DNA of 64,000 nucleotides from Mizuhopecten yessoensis (GCF_002113885.1 NW_018405113.1:1512732-1576731), one strand, 5' to 3'; positions 38,425 to 52,664 are shown, counted from the stretch's first letter. Notes: generated by a model from the sequence alone, not told the origin. Numbers and translations: made by a program.

Positions 38425-41400
38425 CTGCAACATAAACGAGAACTATCTAGAGTAAAGTATGAAACATTGTCAAATATTGTCTCGATTTTCGTGCATTTGA
38501 ATGCATTTCATTCATCATTTTCTGTAAAAGTCAATTTGAACTTAAACGAAATCATTATTTGGACGTACGAATTTTTAAGGATCTATGGGAGTTATTATAT
38601 AAAAAAAAATCAGTTCCTTTTTTGCAAAATCGTCAAATATGTACCGGCTATTTTGGTCTAGATATTTGCAGAGCCCTGAAATACATTATATTTTGCAAAT
38701 GAAACCCTGTTTATGTAATGTTGTATCAGAAATCATATCATTCGGGTACAATTGACTGGAATACAAATAAAGTAAATGTATTTATAAAATACAACAATGT
38801 TGGTAGAAAGGTGATAGCTACCTTTGACCATGTCTTCAGTAATTTCTGTCCCAGTGCTGAGGTAAGGGCATTCAGGGGCACCTGTAAGGGTATTGAATCG
38901 ATAGAAATGTTGTCATCAATAATATTAAAACATCTTTTATAAAAATAACAGAATGAGAAACCAATAACCAAAAACATCACATAATTGAGGTAAATGTTTC
39001 TATTTTAAAGTTCAACAAGCCTCCTAAAAGATGGCATAGATACTCTAAATTTCAATTCGGTAAATTATATATCGTATTTAAAGACCATAATCAAAAACAG
39101 GAATTCAGAGATGAATTAGGATTTATAGAACGTTTAATATTTGCTATAAAATGACATAAGTGAATTTAGCTTGGTCTGTTATTCCGTCTTTGCGTTTTGC
39201 AGAGTCATCTTCTCTTATGAGCAGGTATTGAATGTTACGTCATTGGTTTGTGTGAGAAAATTACGTCGTTTTCTCAAAAATTGATGACGTTACTCTCACA
39301 AACAAATGACTTAACTATCAATACCTGCTCACAAGAGCAGATAACTCTGCAAAACGCAATCACGGAATAACAGACCAAGCTAAAGTCACTTATGTCATTT
39401 TATAGCAAAGATTAAACTTTCTCTGCAATACGAAAAGACGGAGTATGGTGTTAAGACTATAGTGATGTCTGTATGAAAACAGTTCAATGAAACAATGGCA
39501 TATCGATCTTTTTGTGCAACAACCTTAAAGCGTCGACCTGATAACGTGTCATTTATACATTAACATGACGATACGATACGAATCACGATACTGTGGTCAC
39601 GATACGATACGCATCACAATAAATATATAGTAACAATAGAAGCAGAGAGAAAAGATATGTTGCATTTTAATGGCAATGGAGCAACTTGAAATAGACTTGG
39701 TCTATAATTGGCAGGACTTTAAAGTCTCGCACAATTCACGCCTTTCGACGTGCTGCTGCATGCCTAGCTTTAGCTGTCAATCGCCATGCTGTGACCAATA
39801 TAAGTAGACTTAATTCGGAAACGAAAAAATCCTGAAAATATCGTATTTGTGTCGCAACCTCCCAAAAATATTGTGTATTGGACCGTATTCAAAATATCGC
39901 GATATATCGTTCCAGCCCATGACGAGAGTCGAACTGAAATCCTGTATGCTCCCCAGGGAGTTGAGAAAGGTTTTGGCTGGTTGCAACGGCCCTATAACCA
40001 CGGATAATATTTTTTGAACCGCTTTGAGACGACTTACATACTAGGTTGTGATAAAGCGGTATATAAGGACCTCGAATTATTATTGTTATTATATATATAC
40101 GTGTTATTTGGGAAACCAAGGCTGCGTGACCTAGATCGATTGGTGAATGTTAGATGATGTGTCATTCCATCAAATTCAATGTTTTTATAAGTGAGCTATG
40201 AAATTGTTAATAAAAATCAGTGTACCGTAAAATCATACATTTTCGTGGGACATTAAATTTCGTTTATTACGTGGATAACAAAAATCCACGAAATTAATTC
40301 CCCACGAAAACATAAATTTGGTATGATATAAATAGGAGAAAATCAAAAATCAGTGAAATATATTGTCCTTGAAACAGGCTAGTATATGAAAACCACGAAA
40401 TTTTAAACCCACGAAAAAATAAATGATTCTACAGTATTGTTTATAGGAAAAAAAATCAACCTCATTTACATTAACAATAGACGTTACCAAATGAGACGCT
40501 ATATAAAGCGATCATTTATTTCTTATGGGGTAACGTTAAAAGTAACAATGCTATCTTTTAGGGGGCATGTTGAATCTTCAAGACATTATATGATAATGAA
40601 AGTAGCAATGCAGTATTATACTTTAATGAGATATATCTCAAATTTGAATCCACAGTGGTTAGAATCACTTCATCTTTTTCTCATCATACTTAAATTTCAC
40701 GGCTTGTTAGCAAGGCTGTACGCATGAAGTCTTTTGTATAGACTTGCAGTCCGTGATTTTGTATTGATGAAAAGTTTTTCTTTTCCTTTTTTCTAATCTA
40801 AACATTCATATTTTTGTTTTTTGAAGATAAAATATTGTTATAGCTGTACTGATATAAACGTCACAGTTTGGTAGTTGACAGGAATGTATACAATTCGTGT
40901 ATAACAGTACGTTATTCAGTATTAAAGTCATTGTTTATAGTAGAGAAATGTGTATACAGTTGTTTTTGAACTAGGAAGACATGTGAAAAAGACAAAACAC
41001 GAATATGGGAACAGATTGTCATTACATAATGTCATTTGTTCGGGTAAATGAGTCACTTCCCGTCGCTTATGTCATTTCAATTTGTACAATGCCGTGATTT
41101 ATAAATATTAGCTATGTCATTTCCTAAAAGTTATAAATAGTATTTTTATTCATGAGATAGATACGTCATGACATCACTTCCCATAACTTTTTTGTTGTTG
41201 GTAAGAATCGATGGACGTAGGTAAAAACCGTCCAAGTTTTCAGTTATCTCGTGTTAGTTATAATACACACTGTCACAGCAGAGTCTACTTCCGAGACAAA
41301 CGACAAACAATAACCTATCTTGTAAATGTAAAATATCAAATGAGATAGGACTGCAACAAGTATGTTATCATATTTGTATGAGCTTACCTATTTGACTATT

Positions 41401-44400
41401 CCCTGTCGGTGCCCCACACAGCCACAGAAAACACATCGTCACGAGAATGAACCCCGTTGACAGGCCTCTTCTAGGGCTGGAAGAACAAGGTGTTTTGATG
41501 TTATTAAAAGTATCTTTTAATATTGAAATGAGTACATGAGTAGTAACGTTTTCTGTGTTAATCAGAGATGGGTTTAATGATTGAATAACTTTTTTTTTTT
41601 TACAAATATTTTATATATAATTATATTAAAAGAAAATGTCTGCAAGAATCAACCTTGAGGATTTTTTTTTTCATCCTGATTGGTAAGCCTAATAAAAATA
41701 AAATCGAAATAAATTTTCTGAACGCCTCTGCAGTGTTATATATGCCTACACCAAACATTAAACGTAAGACACAGTACAATCACAGGCACGTATTACATGG
41801 TTAGAAAAAGTTATCGCCCTACAATGGTAACTAATCCGAATCTAGCTCTCTCTCATTCTCTCTCTGTCTCTCTTCATCACCTCTTTGTCTCTCTCTCATA
41901 ACCCATATAATATGACCTATCAGCCCTGTGATTGGTTAAAAGTTTCAATTATTTCGTCACGCCTAGGACAAGTACATGAGTCGACGTCATAGACTTACGC
42001 ACTGGAGTCAAAAGCTGATTACATTTCAAGGTTGCATGAAAATTTTCGTTTTACACGAATAAATGTCACAAATCTTGATTATGAGATAAAAAAAATGATC
42101 TTACACCCGTTTTCATTTAGTATGAAATTTATGAAACTCTTCACGAATTTTTCATTTTAGCTCGCCAGAGGCTCACTGAATCGAAAAATTATCAGACTCG
42201 TTTCATAAATCTCATATGAAATGGAAACTCTTGTAAGATCCTATATGACCCTGCGGTTGTTATTGATATATTGCTTTGAGCGTTCTCGATTGACTTTATT
42301 CTATTGTATGGCCTATACTAATAACATCAAACTACATGATATATAACATTGGCAGACTTCATGGAACGTTGAAAGACGTTCAGATTTCAGTTACACAGGA
42401 AAACACCCCAAAAGTGTGCTTTTTTTCATCAGTCGAACCTGAATCCAACACATGATACAACCTTACGTGTATTGACAGACGAGGATAGTGTCTGTGGTAA
42501 AAAATGCGACAAGTGGCAATTTATGTTTAAGTCAGTATATAATAATACTTATCACTGAATACGACGTAGGTGTTTTTAGCTCGGTGAAGTTCAAATTACA
42601 ACATCCTTATGATTCAAATAACCTACATTAATAAATTGATTTTTGGAAGAGGATCTGATCGTAAATTACTAGACCGGCCACCGTCTCTAGAATATTGAAT
42701 TACAGTGGCGGATCCAGAGGGGTTTTTTGGGCTTCAGGAACCCCCNTAAGAAAAAAGTTTAACTCAAAACTGTTTGATCACTTGGATGTCTGATTACAGC
42801 CAAAGTTCTAAACTAGGGGGAGATAAGCTAGTAGTAAAATGCAGCTGAGAAATTCTTCATAAAAACTTAGGGGATGGTAGCCAGTCTACTAAATTACTAA
42901 TGCAAGTAATGACAATTTTCCGTCGGAAATAGGTAAAATAATCTTACCCGCAAAACATCGAGAACAGCGGCATGGCGGTAAAGTTTGAGAAAACATATGC
43001 CATATCAGTTCTAGTTATATGATATTAAAAGGAAATTACAAGCTGATTCATATTCTAAATGTAAAACACAATTCAGGTTAAATTAATCAGCCCATAATTT
43101 AAAAGAAGAAATAAAACAGGAAAAACCTCTATTAAGTCTTTCAATACATGCATGTGTAAATAAGATTCTAGACTGTTCAAATGGGTAATCTAATACAGAA
43201 TTATTTTTTTTTATCCCAGCCGGAAATACGTCATGTTACATTTTGTGTCTGTGTGTGCCGGTATTCACCTGTGTAAGTAAATCAATAGTGTACGATAGAG
43301 TGCGGGACGTTGTCGAGAGCTAAATTTATAAACATTAAAGCTGGCATAGAGTGTCGACTTCTGGAGATCGATTTTCACCAACCACATATATATACGTTCT
43401 GCAGGTGTATAGGATTACACAGTGCTTACACAGTCCTAGTCAAATTACGCCACCGGGGAAAATATATACACATGTGTGCGTGACCTCAGACAAAAACATT
43501 GACTAGTGCGTTCGTAAAAAGCATTGTGCCGACCGAGATGTATTTGTGACATGTAAACAGAACTTGTGCTCAGGGAATCACGGACCGTTTATCTGAAGGT
43601 TTGTATCTGTATGTTAACGTTTAACACAGTCTTTTTCTGTTGTTGTGTTATCTGCATTCTAGTAGACCTATGGCCTGCTGCTTTGTCTCTCAGTAACAAT
43701 GAGTTGCGTTTGTAGTTTGTCATTGTAACCAGGACGCTGTAATTGACCTTGACATGCTGATGATGTGACGTAGGTTACAGTAACAAAGACATGTCTTGCA
43801 TAGTCAGCTTTGCCTGCTTTCACTACGTGAACGAACACTGAAGTTGTTTGTTACGGGTTCCCAACCCTCTTTCTAAATCGTCCGATCTCTTGTCCTTTTA
43901 TACTACTGTTAGCCTCTCCCTTCCCCGATCCGTCAAATCCGACCCTCATCACGAATCTAGGGCCTTCCTTCTTCACATTGTTTCATCGGTAACGCTGTCG
44001 AAATACTTCCGTCATGATATCTTCACATATAATCGTCGCGCATGAATAGATACCACACCAGAGCAATACAATTGTGTTGCTAAGCAGAAAAAAGCCAAAA
44101 TATGGTGTTTCGTTATATGTGCGATGGGTTTGAGTCCTCGTAAACGTCCAGAACCAGTGTGAGAATCAGTTAATCAATACAAGATTCAGACACATTTACA
44201 CTAAGGCATGTGGTCGAAGATGATACGACCAATGGCCTGCTGTGGTATCCCGTGTAGTACCGTGTGGGATGCACGTGATTCTCATTTGCTATAACATCAT
44301 ATGTATATAGTCCTCAGGCTCATGACCACAGGGACTTGAGAATGCTCATGACCATAGGGACTTGAGAATGGATCCCAGGAGTATCATTGTTAACTACTGG

Positions 44401-47169
44401 ACGTTTAGGGGTCCAGATCAGCTTTCTATATTAAAATCATTTATAAAGGCTTCCCTCAATGATGTTACATACAACCAAGCGCTGATCTGAACCCTTAAAA
44501 GATATGAATGTCGCCCATATTACATGTATATCGGGATATGATACATATAGTTGTATATAATGAATTATCAGGTCCCTGTGCTCATGACAATGTCTCGATC
44601 CTAATTTATGGGTCAATATGCGGAGTCTTTGCTTGTACATTATACAAATTGAGTCATGTCAAATACATTCCCTATACAAATATATTTTCAAAACGTTTAC
44701 ATGCCAGATCTATTAACTAGGTTAGCGTATTTAACCCCGCTTTTTCATTAAACACCAGACCTGCCCTGGATTAGAGCCATGATACAATATCTTCCAGGCC
44801 ACCGACCTTACGGTGACCTATCCTATCCAATTCACAAACAAGTATTTTACTGGAACGATTATTTAGCCTAGTCTCTTTTTTTTCTTTTTTTTTTTTTTTC
44901 ATAATCTAGACGGTTACAAAGGTAACTCTATGCATTACTTTTTGTGAACGGGTACGTGGATAATGGCACGTAGCATTTCTTGTGATAAACGACTCTGGCA
45001 TTGGTTGTAGCGTGTCCTAAAGGGACACTAAGGCTACACCGTACCGTTAAAGGTCATGGTCATCCGGCATTCGATCATGCACAGCTTCCCCACTCCATAA
45101 ATAAAATAAATAAAATAAAATATACAACATTTGATATAGCGTCCTATCTAGCTAACATAAGCCACCTTAAAGCGCTTTAAAGTACGTAGATATACAATTT
45201 TATACAGTCAATACAATTAAAAGCATATATATTGATCAATACAATATTGAGGAATTCGCAGGAGCTGCCTTATCAGGCGCTAACTACTAGTCCTATGCCA
45301 CCTGGCTAATATCTCCCTATGTGTGTATGCCTGTATGTGTGCTGGAGATGTATTGTGTTGTGCATACCAGCATATGCAGCCCTCGGGATTCATTACGTGT
45401 ACGTACCTAATTAAGCATGTCTGTGTTGTACATTGCAGTCTTTCTAACGTAGTGATCAAAGTCCACATTCACTATTTATAGAACATAAGGTTTTACGTTT
45501 AGTGGCTAACATTGACTTTGGATGGTCTGGTTAAAGTATATGTGTTGTCCTTGGCAGCTACATCGATACTGTCCTTGAAGCAGTGACGTCACATCAATTG
45601 CTCTTTAAATTACCGAATCTGCACATTTATATTGAGGACGATGAGCGATGTGTAGAATGATTTGGTGAAGGAACGCTTTATTTTACACATATACAGTAAG
45701 TAATGACTACCTACTAAACAACCCTGGATTTCGGCCAAACCTATGCCTACGTTTAACTTAAATCCGACATTTTTATCTTGTCTACATGCCTTCCAAAGCC
45801 CAGTATAACAAACAGTGTTGTTTTAACCTTTACGAAATACCTGTAGCGAGACATGTATATCTCGGCCATATCAATTCACGACTCTGAAAATAGAAAAAAC
45901 ATAACTTTGAATAGACTGAAGATGAACACGAATTTAATTATAAACTAAGCAGTTTATGATAGCAGGTTTAATCAATCTTTTATTTCAAACGTGATCAGTT
46001 GATATAAAAAGGCTCATTCTAACATGGCGAACACAAACTTGTGTAGTGCCCACGGGTTGGACCTGTAATTGTTAAGTCCAAAGTCCACAGGTACAGGTAA
46101 ACGAGACTTGGTAGAGAGTAGGTCGATAGCCAATTTCACAGTGTAAACCAACCAGCAGTGTCACTTTGAGGATATATACATGGCAACCGCATGATTTCCG
46201 GAATTATTTAATATCAAACAGCTAGAATCTTCTCGTTGAACTAGCACTTTCAAATATTTTTTCATGCACATGCATGGCAGTTGAAACCCAAATACATCAA
46301 ATTCGAGTAGAATAGTTCAATTTAGCAAAATTTTACAAATCCTCTTAAAAACGTTGAAATACCCAGCTAATTGTACAACGTATTCAGTTACATTCGTGCA
46401 GGCATGTCGACAGAATACACAATGCCAAATGGATATCTATGGTACATTACTGCCCTCATTCTATTAATTATTATAAGAACAAAAAATTGAAATGTCCTAC
46501 ATTTAACATTTTGCAAAATGTGTCCCCGGCCTAGCGCGAGTTTCCTCTGGCCCGGACACCAGACTTAGACATTTTGACCGATATAGATGTCTGGCGTGGC
46601 TATCCTGGCCTTGTCTATAGGTACACGTATTCCCCGAATACACACGTGTCAGCTAGCGCTTCTACCAATGACTTTCCATACTTAAGCAAAAATTGACGAT
46701 ACATGTCTCCCAAGTGAAATATGTCATTTTATAGATGCGATTTACAGAGTTCTTGAGTGCGCAGCAATCGTATACTGACAGAATTGTAGTAGGTTCGCTG
46801 TCGGGATCATATACTGTTAAAGTATGAAACTACAGTGTGCTGTTGTGATGTGATGTGAATGTCCGGGGGTAAATATTATCATGTACGTGTTACCTGATAT
46901 CAGACAATAACAGGAGTAGATATAAGGCGTTTATTTACGTTACTTTAAACGGTCAAAAGTATTCTAAAATACTTTAAAACGTTTCACAAGAAAAATCGAA
47001 ATAAGCGAATATTTTACGTATGAAAAAAACAAACATTCGTTTTATTGTTCATGAGTTTATATTTCCCATCTAATGAAACATTTGTTTGACGTTTCGACAA
47101 ATAACTATCACATTAGTCAGCTTGTCTGTATAAGAAAATGCTCCTTAAAACTTACTCACAAAGTGACAT
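36287..47169 (-). CDS. Gene C full model, ~746 aa, signal peptide plus hydrophobic C-terminal tail
   Basis: Exon 41476-41388 (ttccag..gtaag; PRRGLSTGFILVTMCFLWLCGAPTGNSQI) joins the terminal exon in frame. The candidate start exon 47169-47156 (ATG TCA CTT TGT GA|gtaagt) supplies the needed phase 2 but is tentative. Confidence 0.6.
39127..39422. mobile_element. ~300-bp foldback/palindromic MITE-like element
   Basis: Arms of >100 bp (ttgctataaaatgacataagtga..ttggtctgttattccg..gcaggtattga and its reverse complement). Confidence 0.75.
39568..39918. mobile_element. Decayed hAT-type MITE with cgata/tatcg sub-terminal repeats
   Basis: acgatacgat repeats on the left and atatcgcgatatatcgttccagccc on the right. 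Absent from the homologous 17970-18700 copy. Confidence 0.5.
40223..40436. mobile_element. MITE with TACCGTAAAATC...GATTCTACAGTA ends and ccacgaaa repeats
   Basis: Imperfect TIRs; internal ttcgtgg/ccacgaa inverted motifs. Confidence 0.65.
45100..45360 (-). mobile_element. SINE fragment, same family as 31375-31857
   Basis: Shares ggaattcgcaggagctgccttat..ggcgctaactacta..cctatgccacc. Confidence 0.7.
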
Positions 47170-48038
47170 TTAGGTGTTATTTTGTGTGAGAGAAGACAAG
47201 CGATGACCCCCCTCATCTCGATTCATAACTGGTGAAATACGCATTATCCTCGTTCCAAAACGTTTCTTTTATTTGCTGCTTGAACACAAAAACTAATCAG
47301 ATTTATTTTTTGAACTCTTCGGGAGCCCATATATAGACACCACTTTCTATTATTTGAGGTTACTCCCAACATGTCCCTAACATGACACCGCCAATATCCG
47401 GTCAATATCTCTGACGGAATACTAAGGACTTTTGAGTAATATCCTATTCAAAGCAATGATATTTTGAGATAATTTAGAGTAATCAGGAAAAAGATTCCCA
47501 ATTCCAAGCGGAACAACAATCGATGTGAAATAATGTCTTATGAAACGTTTGTCTTTTTGATACAGAACTGTCTTCTTATTATATAAAAGGAATACTCCTT
47601 TCACATCATTTTCAAAAATAACAATATTCATTCAAATTGTTTCGTAACTCTTCGGTATTTCTGAGAACAAGAAAGCAAATACGTCATTGACCGTGAAAAT
47701 AGCCTAGACAGTTTGTTAGGTGATAATTGGTGCCGGGCGTAAACAAAGTAAACGTCTTACATAAGTACATGTATATATATCTTTTCTGTGGAGGAAACTG
47801 TCAAGTCATTGGTAGATCTGGCTATCGTAGGTAGTAGGTACACTGGTGTACTATAGGAATCGTTTAAGACATGTGTATGTTATTCTTCTGTTCCAGGTAC
47901 TCTCGAATGTTTTATTATTGCCCTCACTTCAGTGACTACAATTGTTGAATCAGAAATCGGCTACTTATTTGTGATTTTTTTTTCTGTCAGTATCTTGTGA
48001 TTGTATCGTTTGTATTTCCAGATTTCTGAACTTCAAGT

Positions 48039-50303
48039 ATGGCGGTGTTTGAAAACATGTGTGCCTTGCTTCTGTTCTCTATGGAGAGTTACCACGTGAC
48101 TAGTCACATCATGGTAATAACAAGAACTCGTCTCCTTCCGCGCAAAGATCTAGTCCGCCTCCGATTCTATTTCCTTGTCGACCTGCTAACAGTATTCTGC
48201 TCCTCAGTATTATTTCTACAACGACTTCAGTGGCTGGCGGGGATACAGATTCTACAACATCTCTACTATTTTGTTTTCTGGGAGAAAACGAAACCAGCGA
48301 AAAAGGTTTGTGTCATCTTCCTGAATATATAATCAGGGGTTTACAAAGTATTCCTTCTTTGTGAATATTTTTCAAGAAAAAAACAGTAATTAAGTATCCG
48401 CCAACGTCATGCACACTTACTATTAAGTACATCGCTAAGATGTCTTGACTTAGCTAACGTCGTTATATTTAAAAAAACAAAACATATTTTAAGTTCGATA
48501 TAAATTAGTTAATTCAAATTGAAGTTAGACTACTAATTTCATATCACATTGCTGAATTACGATGTTTAAGTTATTTGACCTCTTTATGGAGTTAGGTTTA
48601 GGGGGCTTGTTGTACCTTTTGATTGGTTTTTAATTGTTTAACGTCCTATCAACAGCCTAGGTCATTTAAGGATGTGCCTCCATGTGTGTTGTGTATGCGT
48701 GCTTGTGTATATGTGTGCTGGAGACAGGGTATGTTGGTGCATTTGCCTCCTTGTGATAGTGCAATCTGATGCCAACTTTATAGTGCTACCTCACTAATAT
48801 ACCATGTCGAAGGCACCCAGCATAGCCTTCCGCCTGATCACATTATACTGACAACGACGCAGGTGAACCAGTTGTTCCCCTAAATGCTGAACGTTAAGCT
48901 CTGGTACGCAAGTGAATCCACTAAATGGTCGGGGAAAACAACAAAAAACGAAACATTGCTTATAGCATGCTGAATGTGTCTTAAGATATTATGGATGCTG
49001 ATATAAAATATAATTTAAAACATAGCGAATAATACATGCCTTTTATTATGTAACACCCAGTATCAACCAAAGACTGTAATATCAGCCCAAGGGCTGATAT
49101 TGGTCGAGGGTTGATATTGGTCGAGGTTTGATATGGAAAAAGGCGTGTTTTATTCTGTTTATTACAAACTTACTAATAAAAGCTACTATCTTATGATCCA
49201 TTTTTCTTTTGAAATATTGAAAAACGAAATATTTCCCAAAGGGGTGTGATACGGGTTTTGCGGGCCGATACGGAGAGGGCTGATACGGGTTTTGGGGTGT
49301 GATACGGCGGGGGCCGATACGGGTTTTGGGGTGTAATACGGCGGGGGTTGATATGGGTTAGAGCAATTGTGTCGTATCGCATATACAAAAAAAACACCTG
49401 TACTTATTAGTAAGTATGTAATAAATTATTTTATCGTAGAATGTCTGAGTTTTGCAAATTACTTTGAGTAATTTACCGTCTGGAAAATGATTATGAGACA
49501 GGCAGATCTTAAAAATGTGTATACTTATTTTTTCACCGGCGTTCGCCTGTTCCCGTTCCCTCCTAATTATGAACCGCTCCTTAATGAATCAACTATCGAC
49601 TGTACATTACCAGTCTCTTACTGTTTCCAAGACAACAACACTTTTGTTTATCATACCTTTTTTATGTTGATGCCGAAAGTCTGTCAGGTAGACATCAAAC
49701 GTAACATGGTATGCTGCAAATCGCTAGAATTTTGACGAGTACATTGTATCGGCGACTGTGGGTCAATATTTACTACTTATTATGTTTTGACTTGGTAATA
49801 CAATGTCCTGATTGTGTGATCACGGGTGTTAATGTAAATGAGTTACGTGGAACCTCTCATGAAGCCCAACAGTAAATCTAATTTAACGTTTGCATTCGTA
49901 TTTTTTTTTAATGTATATTCTGGATATGATATTCAAATTCTCTATGATATTCCATTGAAAAAAAGTATATTGTTGACTGTTACTGATTTTATCATACATC
50001 TGACTTTTCCAGATAATCAGTTGGAGCTCCATTGACTGGACCAAGAGTGAGTTCCAACAGGAATGGCACTTCGACTCAATCCTTGGTACCTTGTTCGACA
50101 TTGTAGTCCACCTCGCCTTGGCAGTACTTCTCGGGGGTTACTTGACCACTGTCCAGATCATCGTCTCCTTGTTGGTGGCCCACGGTGTCCTGTTTACGTT
50201 TATATGGAGTCAGAAATTTGCTTGGAGCAATCCGTGGTCTCCCCCACAGTGGGTCCAAAAGAGAGTCCAGCCCGTGACACTGGACAAAGCCCGCTGGTTT
50301 TAA
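48039..50303 (+). CDS. Gene D: uncharacterised ~185-aa multi-pass membrane protein
   Basis: Exon 48039-48305 (acceptor at 48021, donor AAG|GT, phase 0) and exon 50013-50303 (ttttccag|ATA ATC AGT TGG..) are in frame. Several hydrophobic segments; AATAAA at ~50466. Confidence 0.85.
48620..48900 (-). mobile_element. SINE fragment in gene D intron
   Basis: tttaacgtcctatcaacagcc..ggtcatttaagga tail and ctttatagtgctacctcact core shared with ~31650-31670. Confidence 0.6.
49159..49424. mobile_element. MITE-like element with 21-bp TIR and internal gatacgggttttggggtgt repeats
   Basis: ttattacaaacttactaataa / ttattagtaagtatgtaataa (1 mismatch). Confidence 0.6.
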
Positions 50304-52664
50304 TGGTCAAGTCTCTTAAACTGGACAAGACCATGTCTTGGTGTGCAGTGGCTGTTTAATGTAATGTCTATAGCTCTTTCTCTTATTTATAATAATTTAA
50401 GAAAAGTATCTTCCTCCAATCATACGTTTTTATGAAACTGATAATGTTTGAAAGATATCTGGTCCAATAAAACGGATTCAATCAAATCTTCAAGGGGAAG
50501 CTAAAGAAAGTGTTTCCCTCTAATCATAATTTCTGGTTGTAAATCAGAAAATACATAGCATTGATTTTGATATAAAAACAATATCATTTTTCATTATCAA
50601 TTTTATAAATGAAATACGAACAATAATCTAGCTGACTGAGTTAGAGATGTTGAAATATGTTCCAATATTGATAAAAAAAAAATCTGCTGCTGAAATCAAT
50701 TTTCACCAGACAAAACAATAATTATGTGATATTAATCCATGAGGTGGACAAATTACCATAACGGTGACAAGAATACGACATAACATTGTGTTTAATATAA
50801 GTCAAAAGCTGAGTACCTTACTGATTTTTATAATAAGTATTTAGATGAAGCATGAATAACATAAAATCAATCCATGAATTATAAGTGCAGTCCTGGAAAT
50901 ATGTTATCTGGTTTCTGGTATCTGTTAACCATAGGTGTTTTAACTCTGGGGTGGCCAATAATATTCAGGGGTGCCTGAAAACTGCGTTTTGAACATAACG
51001 TGACGTATGGTATACGTTATGATATTATATATATTAAATTTCAACAGTTGTAACAACCTTTTTAAAATATCTATTAAAAGCAAGCTATTTTTTTATTTTT
51101 TTTTAAATGAGTTCAACACACTCACACAAGTGATTGATTAAGCTAATGAGAAATCGTAGATTGAAAATGGTGTAATGATTTCCAATGTTAATTGATATAA
51201 TATGGACTTACATAGCGGTTAAAGATGTGAGATAGTGATTCTTTACCTGATTTCCTACCTCACAGTTTTTTAATAAATAGTGTAAATTGCCTAAACTTGT
51301 CTACTAGTATATCGCCCAGAGTTTTGTGTTGAAAGTCGTTATTCGAACTAGGGCAATGTAAGAACAAAAGATAACTTAAATGGAAACCTACAAAAAAAAC
51401 CCAATGAAAATAAGACTAGTGTTCTGGCATGATTAGGTCTTCTTTATCAATCATTTTGTATAAACTAGAAAAGACCCATTGTTATGCCTCCTTATAATTA
51501 TTAAACGTGGCTATTGACAATAGTCGTTTCTGATAGGTTACACTTATATTATTGTTATATGTATTGATTTCTTACTAGCTAGAAATGTTTATTGCAAGTA
51601 TTAAAATCTATTGTTCTTTAAATTAGAAGCTCCTTATATGGTACTATGACACAAATGTGAAACCGGTGCGCCCAGTCAGTTAGGAGAGCAATAAAAATAA
51701 TTCGTGATTTGACCAAATTATTTGGGTCGCTCTTAATTTGTTGATTGTATATATACTAATGGTGAAAGTGTGTAGTACTCTGTTTGGTGTGCTTAAACTG
51801 ACAAATGAATCATAATTGCATTCCATAATCTGAAAAAAGAGAAATTTTGTCGGTATTTAGTCAATAACAAATCCCTCTATTCAATGTTTTACTGTCTAGT
51901 TCATGTATTTGTTGAATTTCGACATCTATGTATTTGAATTAGAAATGAAATTCCCTTCTTAAAGCAAAGGGACCAGAGCATTTTGATAATGATAACAAAG
52001 AAATACTATTATTGGTGTCAAAATATTTTGTCTTGCCCATGTTATCTTCTAAGTCTTTGTATGCGTTCTGTCATGCAAAGCACAAATCTCTGGAGACCAG
52101 ATATCTGATTTTTTTATCTAAAAAAAGGAATATTTCGTGATGGTTTTTCCTGTGCATTTTTTATTATTTAGTCTACTTTTTTTATATTTTGTTCAACAAA
52201 TCTCAATTTTTGATTGATGCGATAATAGATCTGTGGCAATTTATGATGATCTTTTTTTACAAACGTGTACCTTTATGTACCTATAAGTACGAGTTTAATG
52301 TTTAATCAAAGTTTTTTGACCCAGTTAGAAGATATATCCTGATACAGTGATCTGACATTGTTGCTAACTCTGTATCATCAACATTACATTACATTACGTT
52401 GATGCTATTTTTATTTGATCTGTGTTGTAAGCGCGACCTGGGTTGAATTAAAAACAATTATTCTAAACGTGTAGCTGATAGATAAATGTACCACTCACCT
52501 GTGATTGTACCTTTAAAGACAGTACATGGTTTGTTGTAAATAGGTACAAAATGAATTACTTTGCGTCATACAGCTGTTTCCCTCCTTCATGGTCTCACCG
52601 GTGACAACCATCCTTCTTAATTTCTTGACCCCCAAAAGACGGTTTGTGTGTATTAATTGAGTTT

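Larger units (their letters stand above)
21345..38455 (-). repeat. Right arm of large inverted segmental duplication
   Basis: See left arm. Additionally contains ~33240-37720, which the left arm lacks. Confidence 0.93.

Noticed and set aside
42703-42750. cagtggcggatcc MITE-like end and an ambiguous base n at 42746
   Set aside because: No matching nearby end was identified; the n is a sequence-quality note only.
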